Assembly (NCBI GenBank): GCA_000320545.1
Contig: ADNK01002140.1
Location: 124,001 to 188,000, forward strand
From: Bigelowiella natans CCMP2755
Lineage: Eukaryota > Protista > Cercozoa
Direction: 5' to 3'
DNA: 64,000 nucleotides
Each line of letters begins with the position of its first letter. Within the stretch, counting starts at the first letter, position 1. This document shows positions 11,280 through 25,943 of this stretch, piece after piece. The notes under the pieces are model-generated. The model ran no database searches. It worked only from the letters and a program-made list of their open reading frames with translations, and had not been told where the DNA came from. The translations under genes and the position numbers were made by a program.

Positions 11280-13503
11280 TTAAATTTCATAGCCAAGAAA
11301 CCATGATTTATCAGGATTTAATACCGAACCGAGAAAAACAACCCCCCCGAGTACACCAGTGAAAAGAGAGCATGGATTGTCAGAGTTTAAGGATAATTTG
11401 TTGAACTTTTCTACAGTCATGGATGCAAAGTGCTGAGCCCGCCTACAGGAAGAAGAAATCATTGGTAGGACGGGAATTATGATATTCGAAACTTAAAATG
11501 TAAACGATGCATTTTCTTTGTACACATATGAAGGAATACCTAAGCCAAAGCTCATTCTTTGTTTTTCTGTATAAGCTGAGGAGAACCATTCCGTTTCCTG
11601 GCATCCCGTGACATAATCCGAGTCCTTTCGTGCTTAGCATTCCTCTCTAGTATGCATAATAATATCCACAACATATCTCATAATATCAACAATCTTGGTA
11701 CGGGAGAAAAATAATGCTGCGAAACTAGCAAAAAAGCAAATGCTCAATTCGAATACCAGCCAGATAACATTTCCAAATTCCCGCGCATGTTGCAGATATT
11801 TTTCATCCTTGAATACTTTTTGTGCATTGAGGCATAAGGAAACAAATCCCGTGGCACCGTGACACCAATGCACCAACTTGTCTCTGGAACTACCTAGGCT
11901 CGACGGCTAAAAAGTTATGATCATTGGTGAAGAATAACTATGATTTCGAGTTACTACTTGCTGAAATGAAAGGGAAGGAAGACCATGTTTTTGGAGTCAA
12001 ACTTCATCTCAAGGAGGGCGTCTATTGATCGACGCAGAATATCTAGGTACCCAAGCTCTTCAATCTCGTCACTTACATATAAAAGAATCTAAATATGTAT
12101 CATAATTCTATGTTAGAAGAGAGGTTATGCCACACATCTAAAAGATAAGACGGTGCGTGTTTCTACATTAAAGATTCCACAAAGACCATGAGCAGCTCCA
12201 ATGTAGCATTTCTCATGCCAACTGTAGAAGAGCTCGAGGTTGCCGGCATATCTTTTGTTACGCTTGGCAGATTTTACACCCTCTTCTACTATGTCCTTCA
12301 CCAAATCCTTGACTTGTTTTGCAGCTAATTTATTATCATCCTTAAGGCATCGGCGGAGAAAGAGTAAAGAGTATAAATATCCAACTCGCCCGTAGAGGAC
12401 CTAAAGAGAGTGAAGTAGCCAATGTAGTATCAACAATGATGGCGATTAGTCTTCATCATTTAACAATAGTAATTTCAGCATTATATTTGGTACTGTATTG
12501 TATCACCTCACATTCCGATGGCTTGAGTTTTTTGACTTGTTTAAAGGTATCACAGACACAGGTTTTCACATATGACTCTTCTACTTTCTCCAATTTTGTT
12601 CCCGGATATAGAACATTAGATGATGAGGTACTCAGCTTTTCTTCATCCCCCTTTACCTGTTGACGAATAAATGCTTTCAATCTGACGGTGTCTTATGGTA
12701 TTAATTATAATTAGTATCACAGTGGACTGTTGTGAAGAATGTCTTATTTCTCGAATAATAGCAGCAGCTAAAGCCATTGGCCCTGACCACCCTTCGACGA
12801 AAGTCACACGTGATGGATGGATCATCTTCGATCCATTAATACAATAATGAAGAGCCCTTTGCAATCGTGCATTTCTTTCTTGTGAATCATCATCATCCCA
12901 ATAACCCAGCTCGTTGAGATAGTATATGGCCATTCCAACGCCTATTTCGTGTTACAGCTGCCTGTTATTCTCATTCAGAAACTCACTACTGTTGAAGTTT
13001 CTCGCATTATTGGTTGCCGTAGATTACATAGAAGTACTATTTACCGGATAGCCCAGTATATATAGATCCCCTTCTATGACGACGTGGATCTTCGCAAATC
13101 TGCGCACACATAACACTTATGCGCCATCCATGACGGTGCTAGGTTTTAATATCTTTAGTCAGGACTCTGATATTTATTATTTACGAAATTCGAGTGCAGT
13201 GTGCATGTGACTGAGGGTGATCATGGAGGAGAATAGAGGGGGCAACGATACTTCAATGGTTTTCTGGATGATCTTCCTTGCATCTGCTTGCCATGTCGTT
13301 GGTGGTGATGTTGCATCAGAAAATTCATTTTTGAAGTGCCTAAGTTTGTAATTTATTATATTATTTTAAATGGATTTACCAATGTAAGCTATATACCTCC
13401 CATCCTCTACATGGTATGATGAAAAATCATCCTCTGCTTCATCATCGGTGGAAACCTTACAATTATACTTCTTTTCCAACAATATTTGCTGCTTCTTCTT
13501 CAT
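11280..13503 (-). CDS. LANCL: LanC-like protein (LANCL/GCR2 family)
   Basis: Spliced motifs GSIYTGLSGVG, RVTFVEGWSGP, ECE|VLYGRVGYLY, WHEKCYIGAAHGLCGI, LVHWCHGATG, KGLGLCHGMPGN and DNPCSLFTG...GYEI-stop. Start approximate. Confidence 0.9.
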
Positions 13504-13799
13504 ATGATTAGTCAGGTTGGAAATGCTGCTGCTGCTGCGTCTTCCCTTATGCAAAGGAGGAGGAGGAGGCGATGAAGCAGAAAGCAGCACGAGCGCAAAG
13601 AAGAGCACGAGAATCGTTCCTTCTTCTTCCGCGTCGATCCAATTATAAACTCGAATGAATGGGATTTATATACTGCGACAACCACAAACAGACGTCGCTT
13701 GACCGAAACAGAAGCAGATAGAGCATTTTGTTCCGAACTCCTCCTCCTCCACCTCCTCCATCTCTTGAGCTCATACCTGTAAGCAAAACAGATGGAAAT

Positions 13800-15690
13800 T
13801 ATACGAGGGTCAATGATGGATGGATAATATTCCTCGCACTAGCACATAAAGAAGTCAAAGCGATACTTACAATGTCGAGTAACGACGCGGTCTCCTTTCC
13901 CAAGCTGGAGAGAGCACTGGGGATGAAAGCCAGAATTTTAGCGCGATCATCTCAAGAGTTGTCAAGAAGAGGAAGTCTAATCGTACAAGAAGGCGCACGT
14001 AACTGCAACAACGGGAGAAAGGCATCGGTGCTTCTTTCGCATACGCTTTGATATTGCTGCTACTTCTTGACATACAAGTGAAATGGCCGAGTAGAGCATA
14101 GCTATGGTTTATAAGATAGGTATTAAAAATGTAACATTTGACTCCTGATCTTCCGCCCCGTATCAGGATTATATCCACTCTGTTGAACAAAAAGTCAACG
14201 AAATTTCTAGCAGCATGCATGATAATGTGAAGCTCATCCAGGTAGCTCACACAAACGACGACATGATACCGATATGATGCCGTTAATATTCGATGAACTA
14301 TACTGCCTGTGATGAACTATTATTTGGAAAATTGATGCCCACGAACGATCATATTGAGGTGTTATTACTTTAATATCGTTCATACTTAGGATTCAGTTTT
14401 AAGATCAAATACTATGCTTCAATGTTGGGTTGATAAAACAAAACTCAAGACAGGGCCAACATCCTCCGCACTACGAAGTAGGCCATTATAAAATCAGAGG
14501 ATCGATGAATGATAGAATGCCTTCGCATATTAGGGAGCAAATCAAAGAATGCCTCATTTCTTGTAAAGATTGATGTTGCTTCCCTACTGCCACTAATATT
14601 ATTCTACTACTATCACTACTACCACCACTGCTACTACTGCAACAAAAAGCACCGTTGTGTTTAGCTACTAACACTACAACTACATAGTTCACCAATTTGT
14701 TGTTGTAATAGCAGTACACAAAAATCACGATCAAAGCAATGGTCCTTGGACCGAAGAAGAAACAGTCAGGTCACCAGTAGCATCCATAAAAAGTGCAGTA
14801 AGACGGGGCACTACAATTTCCTCTAACCGAGAGAACAGTACGCAAGATTCCCGGAGCGGCAGCCATCAACCACCATCTTCTTGTGCTGATAGAAAAATTG
14901 AAACTGATGAGAATCATGATGATGATCATCAAAGGACTCAGTCGCTAGAATGGAGGGATTTAGTAGCGGCTACGAGGTTATTGTTCTCAATAATCTGTCA
15001 ACATATGTCTTGTTATTGATATGCATTATAACACATGCAAAAGGGTGTGGAGGCAGTCAAAGCTCTGTACCATTTTTAAGAAGATGCGTATCAATGCACA
15101 AAGGTACCACATTCATGAAACAACATGATCTTTACAACATGATCTTCTAGATAATGGATTATTCTTCATAATGCCAGGAGAATTTTGTGGAAAAAAAAAT
15201 GGTCTCGAAAACTTCGCTACTGGGGAAATCTAGTACACCTCACTTTTCGCTGCCCCGAACTACATGGAACATCAGAGGGGCAAGAGGTCTTGTGAAAACT
15301 ATTGAAATGAGATATTTCATTTTGAACTTGGGGGGGCACGGGTAGACTTGGTAGAGCTAGTCGTCCCTTCAAAATACAACAATATAGTAAACGACGACTG
15401 AAAAGCTAATCTGTTCAGGAGAATTTCATTTATGGTGAAGAGGATGCACGGGAACACTACAAATGGCGGTTGCTCAAAATCGGGTTTGTGAGATGGTGTC
15501 TCTGGGTGGGGTGGAGAGGCAAACGAGTCTACCCCCCTAACATGATTGGGACAGCAGAATGAGTCTACCCCCCTAACATGATTGGGACAGCAGAATAGGC
15601 GGTATAATAATTATCAAAGAGGGGCAAAGGTACAAGAAAGGAGATTCTTTATCTAGCCTATCGGGTCATCTCTAGATCTCCTTCTTAATC
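13800..15690 (+). CDS. Hypothetical multi-exon protein; C-terminal Trp-containing segments weakly resemble Sfi1-type repeats
   Basis: Plus-strand exons with GT-AG borders, e.g. DYIHSVEQKVNEISSSMHDNVKLIQ, EWRDLVAATR|VWRQSKLCTIFKKMRINAQR, EHYKWRLLKIGFVRW. Boundaries uncertain. Confidence 0.35.
15525..15596. repeat. Perfect 36-bp tandem duplication
   Basis: GAGTCTACCCCCCTAACATGATTGGGACAGCAGAAT occurs twice (15525-15560, 15561-15596). Confidence 0.9.
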
Positions 15691-16490
15691 TCAAATGAAG
15701 ACAATTGCGATTCTCAATAAATCATTATACACGGCTCCCTCTATACGATTAGTACAAGTAAATCACGCTCCTCGAAAGAAATGTATGGTTCGTGTCGAAT
15801 TGGAACGGCATGGAAATCTGTGCATGCTAGCGTATACGTGCATCTCAATGGACACAGTTTACACGATGTAATCTTTATAATGTGTAGATGTGTACATCTC
15901 ATGTAAACGTACGTTGTACACACATCTCACATGTAAACGTGTTCGTATCAAATGATTCAAGTTATATTCATAGCATGGTTGTGCGCGACTTTTTAGTTCG
16001 ATTGTACATGTAGTATGCATGCACAGTGAAATAACGCAATCTATATGTGTAATATGTGATGGTCAAACATTAAAACCCGGTACTGTGTGCTAGCATGGGC
16101 CAAAATTATTAAGCGCCTTTCGAACGCATTACAAGCGCTACATCGCGCATTTTATGCATGCCCGCCAAGGCCAAAAGCGATGCTCGCTCTACTAGTCTAG
16201 TGGACAATGCTGCACAGTGACACCACCTAGCTATACTCGAGCAAGCACACGATAATCATCACGGTGACGTATAGAGATTTAGCTGTATGTATCTTGAGAC
16301 TTATAAATAAATGTGACCACGCCTTTCTAGATGTCTACACGGCCATAGCTTATGCTAGATAGCATGCACACGCATGACACCATACAAGTTTAATTGCACA
16401 CCTAGCGCTCCTAGCTGTAGCACTGTAAAACTTAATCAATATTCATTAAATTTACGCACTAATAACTTAAATAATAATTATAGAAAATAT

Positions 16491-18090
16491 TTACAGCGTT
16501 ATATGTCCATTCCAACCTTGGAACACTACGAGATAAGGTCCAGGAAACGGCACAGGTCCTAGATACGGGAGAACATTATGCACATACATTTTGAATAGCA
16601 AAAATATTAGATAGGCTATTTGGGATTTATGTTACGCGTGATCTGGGAATCAAATTGAGCGAAGAACGGATATTTTAGACGTGTACCGTGATTCATACTA
16701 AACAATGTATACAAAAATGCTCGCTGCCTGTGTAATTACTACCAGTAAACGGATTTAAACCGGGATTTACAGGATTTGGTATTCCTGAAAAATCACAAGT
16801 ATTCATTTCTCTTTTCTTCCCATCAACAGATTGGATGAAAGAGAAAACTCTGATCCTTATTATTATGATGACAGTGATGATATAGATCACACTGCTATGC
16901 GTAAAAGACGCAAATAATACACCTAAAATCCATGCGATGGGAGCTAACGTTCCAGTCCAAAAAGGTGCAAGAAACGACCAGTCCGAAGTTGCTGCAATTT
17001 AATGCTGCATTCATCACAATACCTCCTTTACCAAGTGTGTTTATTATCACAAACTATTTTATTCTTATACTTTAAATGATGATGAGCCACCACCTTGTTA
17101 TATCTACTGTATAACTCCTTATCATTCACGTCGTATTAATCGTTGTGATATATGTTTGTAGTGTTATTGCACTTCATGATTACGAGTTGCAATAGCAATG
17201 AATGCTCCAACTGCAGCAAACAAGGAACACACGATCAAACTAGTTCTTGCACCCAAATCGGCTTCAAATTTTAAGATTACTCCTAAAAAAACAGCAGCAG
17301 CAGCACAGTTAATATGGTAGTAGTAGTAGCGGTATTGGTAGAGAAGTTGGATTTGAGCGAGAAATAAGGAGACTCTCTCCTAGTGGAGGCTATTAAACAA
17401 ATGCTGCAATACGACAGTCAAGAAGAAGAAAAAGATGAAGAAGAAGATGATGATGATGAGAATGGTGCAAAAACTAAGTGTCAAAGAAAAATCTCTCAAG
17501 CAATGATGAAAACAGGAGCAACTATCCGCAGTATTTACTACCCAAAATGACTGTTACGATTATAATGCTTAATGTCCAGAGGATCTTGATAATCCTGATA
17601 ATAATAATGGTGATTATAAAATAGTAAAAAACAGCCATCTTGACGATGACGACGACGTATCTATTTGTTGTACTAAAAGTTTTGGTTTTACTAGTACTGG
17701 CCACTTATAGCGGATGAAGTACTTCTTCTTCTTCCTCTTCTTCTTCTTCTTCATATTCTTCTTCTTCATATTCTTCTTCTTCTTCTTCTTCTTCTTTTCC
17801 CTCTTCTCACTCTCTCATTTTGTTATAGCCAAGAGGAGGTAACACTACCTATTGGTTTTGAGTTGTGGGCAAATAGTTATTGGTAATAGCATCAGAGGGG
17901 ACAGTGGAAGTAATCCCAAAGAGATGGATAGCGTAACTACCAACAAACATGCATGCAATAATAATAAGCGCCACAATGTATTATAACCCACCCACCCCCT
18001 CCCCTCATATTTCGTATAGATAGCAACATGCCGAATTCCTTGCTACCGTGGGTAGATGTGATGGTATGATCTCTGAGATGTGCCATCGTA

Positions 18091-18122
<32 letters not shown>

Positions 18123-18567
18123 AATGACGTAGTACATGTGTGTGCGTGCGTGTGTGTGTGTGTGTGTGTGTGTGTAGTGTATATCTCTCCTCCTACCACT
18201 CACAATGATAACAATACTTTCCCCCCTCCTCCTCCTCCTCCTCCTCCTCCTCCTCCTCCTCTCTTTAGCACCTACTACTACAACTACTATAACTACTACC
18301 TGGTGAAGATACCATGTACCACAAGGCAGCAATTCCGAACTTTCCAATCATCACCTGCCATAGGAAGGACATCGAATGACAAGCGCATAGTAGTAATCAA
18401 AATAAGAATAAACTGCTCGATCTCATTTGTATTCCTCACCGCCCATGTCGGCAGAGGTCCTTCATACTTGCTGAATATTTCGAGACTATCGTCCATAAGC
18501 CTGAGCTCTCTGGTGATGCATACATATTCTTGTTATTATTGTTTGAAAATAAGAAGAGTAGTAGGGA

Positions 18568-18616
<49 letters not shown>

Positions 18617-20521
18617 GAAAACAGAAAGAGAAGAGAAGGAGGGGAGGAGGAAAGACGGAATAAAAAAAACCCCACGACCGATAGATAACTATTTAGAAGT
18701 AAGTGGACAACCTGCAGCAATGGACCCCTCTCTCTCTCTCTCTCTCCCTCCCTCCCTCGCCCACACAGCTGGCTAATGCTTACTACTGCTACATGTGATG
18801 GAGAGTATATGCTCAGTAGTATGCAGGAGGAGTCATCATCCTTTGTTCGTTGATTCACAGTAGTACATGCTCATGCATATATGTATACATACGTCCATCA
18901 TACCCATCTTGGGTTCCAGCTAATCCAGCAGCAGTAGGATAATGGATTGAGTAGAGAGGGAAGCTTATGCCAGAATCGACACAACCAACCACCATGATAC
19001 CAACATATATCAGATATCCTACACCTGCAAGGAGGATGAACGACGATGATGATGATGATGATATGGTGAAGATCAAGTGCACAACACAGCTGTTGATATA
19101 CGGAGGAGGGATTCAATAGTGCTGTTGGTGTCTAGGAAGAGTAGTTGGAAAGTTGTAAACATATCGTTATTTTGTGTAAGAATTATGAAGACTAAGTAGT
19201 GATAAGGATGAATAATTGACAAACGAAGAACAACCAAGAGGTGCAAATATGCATGCTATTAACATTGCCACTGCCAGAAGCTGATGATAAAGAGAGAATT
19301 GTCATTATTGATGGCTACTAGCCTCACACTGCTTGATTTTCGATGGTAGACTCATCATAATTATCATCATCGTCATCATCGTCATCACCAGCATTATATT
19401 TAACTATGAAGAACAGGTATCTATCTTTTTGTGTAATGTACTATTTGACGATAAGCTGTTGTAGTTGTAGTAGTTGTTGTTGTTGTTATAAAGGAGCAGC
19501 AGCAACATGATACAAGAGTCTAAATAGTGAGATGGATCTGACCGTTGGTATTAGGAACAGAGAAGTGATTGGACAGAGCCAATACGACTCACAGCTCTCA
19601 GGGTTACGATCGTTAACTAGATGTAGTAGTAGTAGCAGCAGGTATGGGCATGTGTTAAGGCGATGATAAAGAGGCGGAGGAAGTAGAAGAAGAAGAAGAA
19701 AAGAAGAGACAACAGGAGGAGGATGCACAAATTGATTTAGTTCTATAATAATCTAACACATTCTTAGCAATAGTAGAATAAGTGATAACTATGGCGACTA
19801 TCAGTTGAAAGCTATCTCGATTATTTGCTTCCTTTCACTGCCTCATTGTTCATTTCTTCTTCTTCTTCTTCTTCTTCTTCTTCTTCTTCTTCTATTTCTC
19901 TCGTAAAACACGGCCACAACTACTACCACTATGACAAACGATGATACAACTTGCAGCATATCGTTTGATGACGAGCAGATAGAATCATAACGCATACATC
20001 TATATACTATATCTTAGTAGTATCCGTACCTTGGCCTGTGCAACAAACAGCCATCGATATAAACAACCAAACCTATGGTGATGATTACGGAGGAGGAGGA
20101 GGAAGAAGAGGAGGAAGAAGAGGAGGAAGAAGAGGAGGAAGAGAAGGAGATCCGTACATTATCATTAGTCCTTTGGAATAAAAGGAAAAGGAGGAGATAG
20201 AGTATCTATAACTCTACATATCTACTACTAGTATTTACTACCACTACTGCCACTGTTACTACTACTGCTGCTGGTGCTACAAAACGTGAAGAAGATGATG
20301 ATGATGATGGGAAGACTAGTACTTGTTCTTTATCTACATGTACCTACCTACCGGGGCAAAAACGACACATAGCATGCAGCAACCCATTCTCTTAAGATAC
20401 AGTATTCTGTTTTGAGTGGCAGTTATCTTGTGCTCTTCCTAAACATAAAGAAACAAAGAAAATCTAAAGGTGTGAAGAAACCACAAGTGCTCACCAAACG
20501 AAACACTGATATCCTCAAGGG

Positions 20522-20564
<43 letters not shown>

Positions 20565-21932
20565 TACGATGTACACGCTTTTCTTTCTTACTATAAAAGT
20601 CAAAAAATATATCCTTATTATCAATCAATCCATCTCTCAATCCATCGGTGTTAGTATCGACATTGTAAAATATGCAAAAGTCATGATGATCATCTATGAT
20701 AATAAAACTTTATATTTATTTCACCACATGATGGGGGAGAGAGAGAGTTGTGGTAGATTAATACTAATCAATACCCGAGACATCGGCAATGCAACGGCTT
20801 CCTCTCTCTGTCCGCAAGCATTCGGACAAGGATATGGTCTAGTCACGACAGAGGGAGGGGGTGGATAAGAGCGAGGAGGAGGAGGGGGAGGAGGAGGAAG
20901 GAGCATTACAAGATGGTAAAGAAGAGAACTAAGGGAGAGAAGGCAGAAGAAGTAGTGATGATGATGATGATGACAATGATGATGACAACATCTCACTTGG
21001 ATAATCACAAGACGATTCATGAGTTGAAACGAATAATGATGATACACATTCACCACAAAAGTCTGTGTGGTGTCGTAATCTAGTACGCAAGGCAAATCCA
21101 GCAATAACGATGTCCGCATATGCACGTTATGTTCTTGCACCTGTTATTATTAGTTCATATTTTTTGTATCATTAGCATTAAACGGAATAATGTGGATGCG
21201 TGTATTGTGAATGCTACAAATGCCTCAATTATGACTAGAACACGTCGTTTTTATCATCATCATCATCAATAATATTGATTATTATTATTGTTATTCTTAT
21301 TTATGTACTCGTATTACACGAGCAGCGCATTATCAATATATACTACAACTGCCTTCCACTGTGTGATTCATTCATCCATCATCTTAATGTGACGATTGAT
21401 GGACACTGCTTTCGTGTTATAATAAGCCTCTGTAGCAGGAGTTTCTGTGATCTTCTTCTTCTTCTTTTACTACTACTACTACTACTACTACAACCCTGCC
21501 ACTAACTCCGTCGTCCTCCGGCATGAAGGACAGGTGCGTAGCTGCCTTCCATTCCTTTTCGCCTCCGCTCTCCATTCTGCAATAGCGCTCATATCCTCTG
21601 TTCTGTCGTGTCGCTTATCTCTCCACAAGCAGTATGGTGAAGAAGAAGACGATGATAAGGAAGGGCAGCCTCCTGCTGATGAAGTAAGCACACAAAAGCA
21701 TCACAATTCAGAATATCTTCCAATGTAGTAAGTATGCCCGAAATACTTAAAGTTATCATCATCCAACCGAGTGATAGTAGTGGTAGTAGCAGTAGTAGTA
21801 GCAGCAACAACTTCATTCTCACCTCACCTTTATTACTACTTCTACTATGGTAGGGGCGGCGACAGTGTACACACAACTCCGTGCTGCAGAAGGGACATAC
21901 GCCTCGTTCACAGCTAATAATGAATGGCAGAT

Positions 21933-21995
<63 letters not shown>

Positions 21996-22041
21996 TCGGA
22001 TATAGATAAGGAATAGGCATCCTAGTCATACCTCTGCTGTG

Positions 22042-22078
<37 letters not shown>

Positions 22079-25000
22079 GATAATGATGATGATGATTTTC
22101 AAGAGGGTGTTGCTTGCTTGAGGGTGATAGCTTCCAGAGGGCCAATTGCCATCAATGATGGATTGGATTGGATGATAATAATTATGATGAGGATTAGTCA
22201 ATTAGCATTTATGTCGAATATATATCTGGTTGTGATGATATAACTTATGCTGATTATCTATCTTGGTGGCGATTTCTGAACATGATCTCACTTCTTTTGG
22301 TTGGTTTGTTTGTTGCTGAGGCTCTCCTTCATTTTCTCATCGAGGACAAACGCTCTCAAGCATTTTGGGTTGACACACCATCTAAGATCGACGACAAGAC
22401 AAGAAGAAGAAGGGCAAAGGTATCAGGCACCGTATAAGTAGAACTTGCAACAGTATTATTATCGATATTGGCTGCTTTAATCATCATCAGAATCACTATT
22501 CCACCATTATCATTATGATATGGTTGTTACCTAGTAAATGGATTTCGCTCTATGGTACTGCCTCAACCGACAGCAAAACAACGAACGACGTACAAATGAA
22601 CGTACAAATTTAAAATAATAACCAAGAACAAGAAGAAGAAGAAAATACAATGAATGAATAAAAACGAGTAATCACGAAAAAGCAGAGTGAGAGAGGTAGA
22701 CCAAGAATTCATGCGGAGGGGCATGCTTCAACGACGATGTCTGCTGCTGCACGATAGTTGTAGCAATGCTGTTTCGAAGAGAGCATGCAATAACAACCCA
22801 CCCTCCTGCCTTCCTCGTCGCTTGCTGCAAATGATTTCTTCATACTTTTGTTAAAAAAAGTGCGCCTACACTACTTATGATTATAGGTTTTACTACTACT
22901 ACTACTTTTCCTCCTGGAATCGCTTCATTTTAAGAAGTATTTCATCTCCAGCGATTTCTCTGACAACCTAAAAAAAAAATCAATAACACGTAACGTAGTA
23001 GCCGTATGTTCTCACCAAACACCATGACGTATTTTAAGAAGAAGTAAGTAGTATGACTGACCTCGTCTAATATCTCAACTTTGCAGCCATTCACAGGCTT
23101 CATCGGACAAGGCATGCAATTCACTTTCCTGGACTCAACTCTAAGAATAGACGAAGAAAACGGAGAAGAAAATTGTTTGATTCATGGATTGATCGCCTAC
23201 TACCAGAATGAATTAACCCAACAGCTGACGCAAGTAGGGATCAATCAATGCATGCAAACCAACCGTGTTCGCATGTGTCGCACCACCTTAAGGATACGTA
23301 TTGGCGGAGGCACGAAGAACAAAATACGTGAGAGCATCCTTCTAATGGAACTAATTTGGAATCCTCATTATCATGGTCCTGCTGATATGATGATCAAAGG
23401 TGGTGCTGTGAGCTACTATCATCTCAGCGACTACTTCAGAATTAGAACATTTTAAAACCTCAAAGCAAATGGAGCAAGCCTTTGAAGTTTCATTGCTGCT
23501 TCTTTCTCTTCTTTCGTTATCTTGACTGGAAACTGGTTTCTTTGAATCGAGTTTACCTTCCGACCCTACTGCATCGCCTTGTGATGATGCACAAAGAGTA
23601 TGAATTTTGTTACGCTATTATTATAGGCTCTAAGGCATCAATTGCTGGTACATGATTACCTATTTTTAGGACAACATCCAGAAGTTCTTTTTTAGAACTC
23701 TCGAGGTCATAGCGACTTTCCAATACCTTCTTTAAGATTTCATTTATTGATATACTGTTGAAAACTAATGAAATTACAAGAAAGGTCATGATGAATCTTA
23801 CAGAGCTCGCCATGTCCAGCAAAGGGACGACGTTATGAGGCTGCTGCCTAAAGGACATAAGATATTCAAGTATATGAATACAGTTTCGTGTATACCCGCT
23901 ACAATTCCGACGCAACTACATTGCAAAAAAGATGTTATTTTAGGGCTATTTTGGATTGGGTTCCAATGAAGTTGTTGTAGGTATACTACGTGGTCATTCG
24001 TCGGTGCTGTATCTTCCCCTTGCTCTAGGATCCTATAGATCCATAGGATCCTATGGAGGTTGCTTTTGTTGGAGAATGTATATTCGTATGGGTCTTGTGT
24101 TTCCCCTCTCCCCCCCTGTTCTGAGAGCAATCGTGTGCTCGTGGATCTGGATACTTGCAGCTGGATGTCCTAGAAGGCATTTCCACCTACAGACATGGAA
24201 TATTCATGAATTCTCAAAAAAAAGGGACTGGGTTTTTCTTTTTACAAACTCAGTATATTTATAGGAAAAGACAACACATTCGTGCCGTGTTCCTGAGAGT
24301 CAAAGGTCAGCGGAAATCGCATGCGTACCAATCGATTATGCAGGGGATTCTTGAATAAAAATACATAAATCGGCTTCAATATAGAGAAAATCACCTTAGG
24401 CTCCGCACATTGGAAAAAGCAGAGCAATGGTCGTTCCCCCTTCCTTACTCCCTCCACCTGTAGCGTACCTAACATGAATAATAAATTCATTTCATGCTTG
24501 CAGGAAGCAAAAAGCGCAGAGATTTTAAGGCAACCTTTGGATGTCCTTCGCACCAAAAATAGCAGTGTCGAAGCAGGCGTAGCTTCACACCCTGTGCAAA
24601 TCATTCAGAAGCAGGTTGTTGTCTACTTTTTGGGATGAGCATTCTTAACTGGAATGGCCAGAATTGGTAATGATTATGTTTTCCTCAGCACAAGGTGAAT
24701 ACAGTAGAAGGAAAGATGAAAATGTTAGCGAAGATCCATGGCGTTCACGTTCCAATGAGATTGAAAATGGATCAGGTTTCATTGTGACGCTATCATTTTA
24801 AAGATGGACATAAAAAGTTATATAAAGTCCTATAATTTTGCAGACTATCTTAGCTCAACAAAAGAGATTCCCTGTTCCAGGATTAAAGCCTAGTTTTGTG
24901 GGTTTGGAAACAATGCTTGGACAAGACGAGACCATCGAATTCGAAGATTATCTTAACAGTAATAAAGATAATTTATTTCCTTAAACTCCAATGACTAACC

Positions 25001-25172
25001 GATCTTGTGCTTTCTTTTTGCAGAACAAGAATTCTCCGAGAAGCAAATCGATATTCATACTGAGATTGAAAAGACTATGTTCAAGGCGGGAAATTGAGTT
25101 GGAATTTTTGTTAGGACGGATATGTCGGCAAATCTTAGTCGTTTCTGAATCGCTATCTTTGAAAGTAGGCAT
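16491..25172 (-). CDS. RBR (RING1-IBR-RING2) E3 ubiquitin ligase with a hydrophobic, probably multi-pass, C-terminal region; many introns
   Basis: RING1 CSICFE...CSHVFCSSCLRQYV...CP (about 23.0-23.5 kb); IBR WCVNPKC...CPFCSTELCVHCRRPYH (21.85-22.4 kb); RING2 CPSCRRTTELVAG|CKNITCICGHRYCWIC (21.1-21.6 kb). Hydrophobic exons follow at 16.9-19 kb; stop at 16491. N-terminal exons and start are approximate. Confidence 0.8.
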
Positions 25173-25943
25173 GATATCTCTTGCATGTAGGGAATCATTG
25201 CGAGAATTTATAAGCTGTGCCACGTGCATCTACACTGCAACACATTCTAGCATTGTTCACACATGCTAGCATGGCAGATGCACATTGCTAGACAAGATCT
25301 GGACATGCATGCGCCCATTTGTTAGCCATGCTAGCATGCTGTGCAGCTAGATGGTTATATGGCATGATGCATGCCCAGATGCACGCACAAATATCTCTAC
25401 ATGCATAGCTAGCTAGACAGCTGCATCACGCTAGCGCGTGCAAATTTCATTGGATGAATGATCACATTGAAAACATTCAATCACTTTGATCATAGCATTG
25501 CATCCGTCTCATCATGCACACATCTAGACATCCAAATGTGATTGTTTCCACGCACATTTCACATGTCATTGTTTTCTAGACGTGGAACATACTAGCATGA
25601 AATGCTGGCACAATTATGTCGATCATGTACGTGACGTGCGGCATGCGGTAGTGCGTCACGTTGAGCATCATGCAATGCTAGAATGGCTAGATTGCCGCAT
25701 GATGGAAATCATGCGTGCGCATTTTTGCCTTGTACGTAGCTAGGTAGATTTAGACACGTGCATGGCTCATGCGTGCGTGGCTGTTCAAGATTGTTGTGTT
25801 ACTCAAACATGCTGGATTTTGTATCAGTCGTCTGTGTCACACTACTAAATCTAGCGCGGAATTACTAATCCAAAATCCACAGCGATTTACTACTAGTCTA
25901 CAATTCAGAACACTGCGTAGATCAAAATGCCGAGAATAGACTA

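Noticed and set aside
14740-14765. GPWTEEE Myb-like motif
   Set aside because: The following helices and Trp spacing of a Myb repeat are absent.
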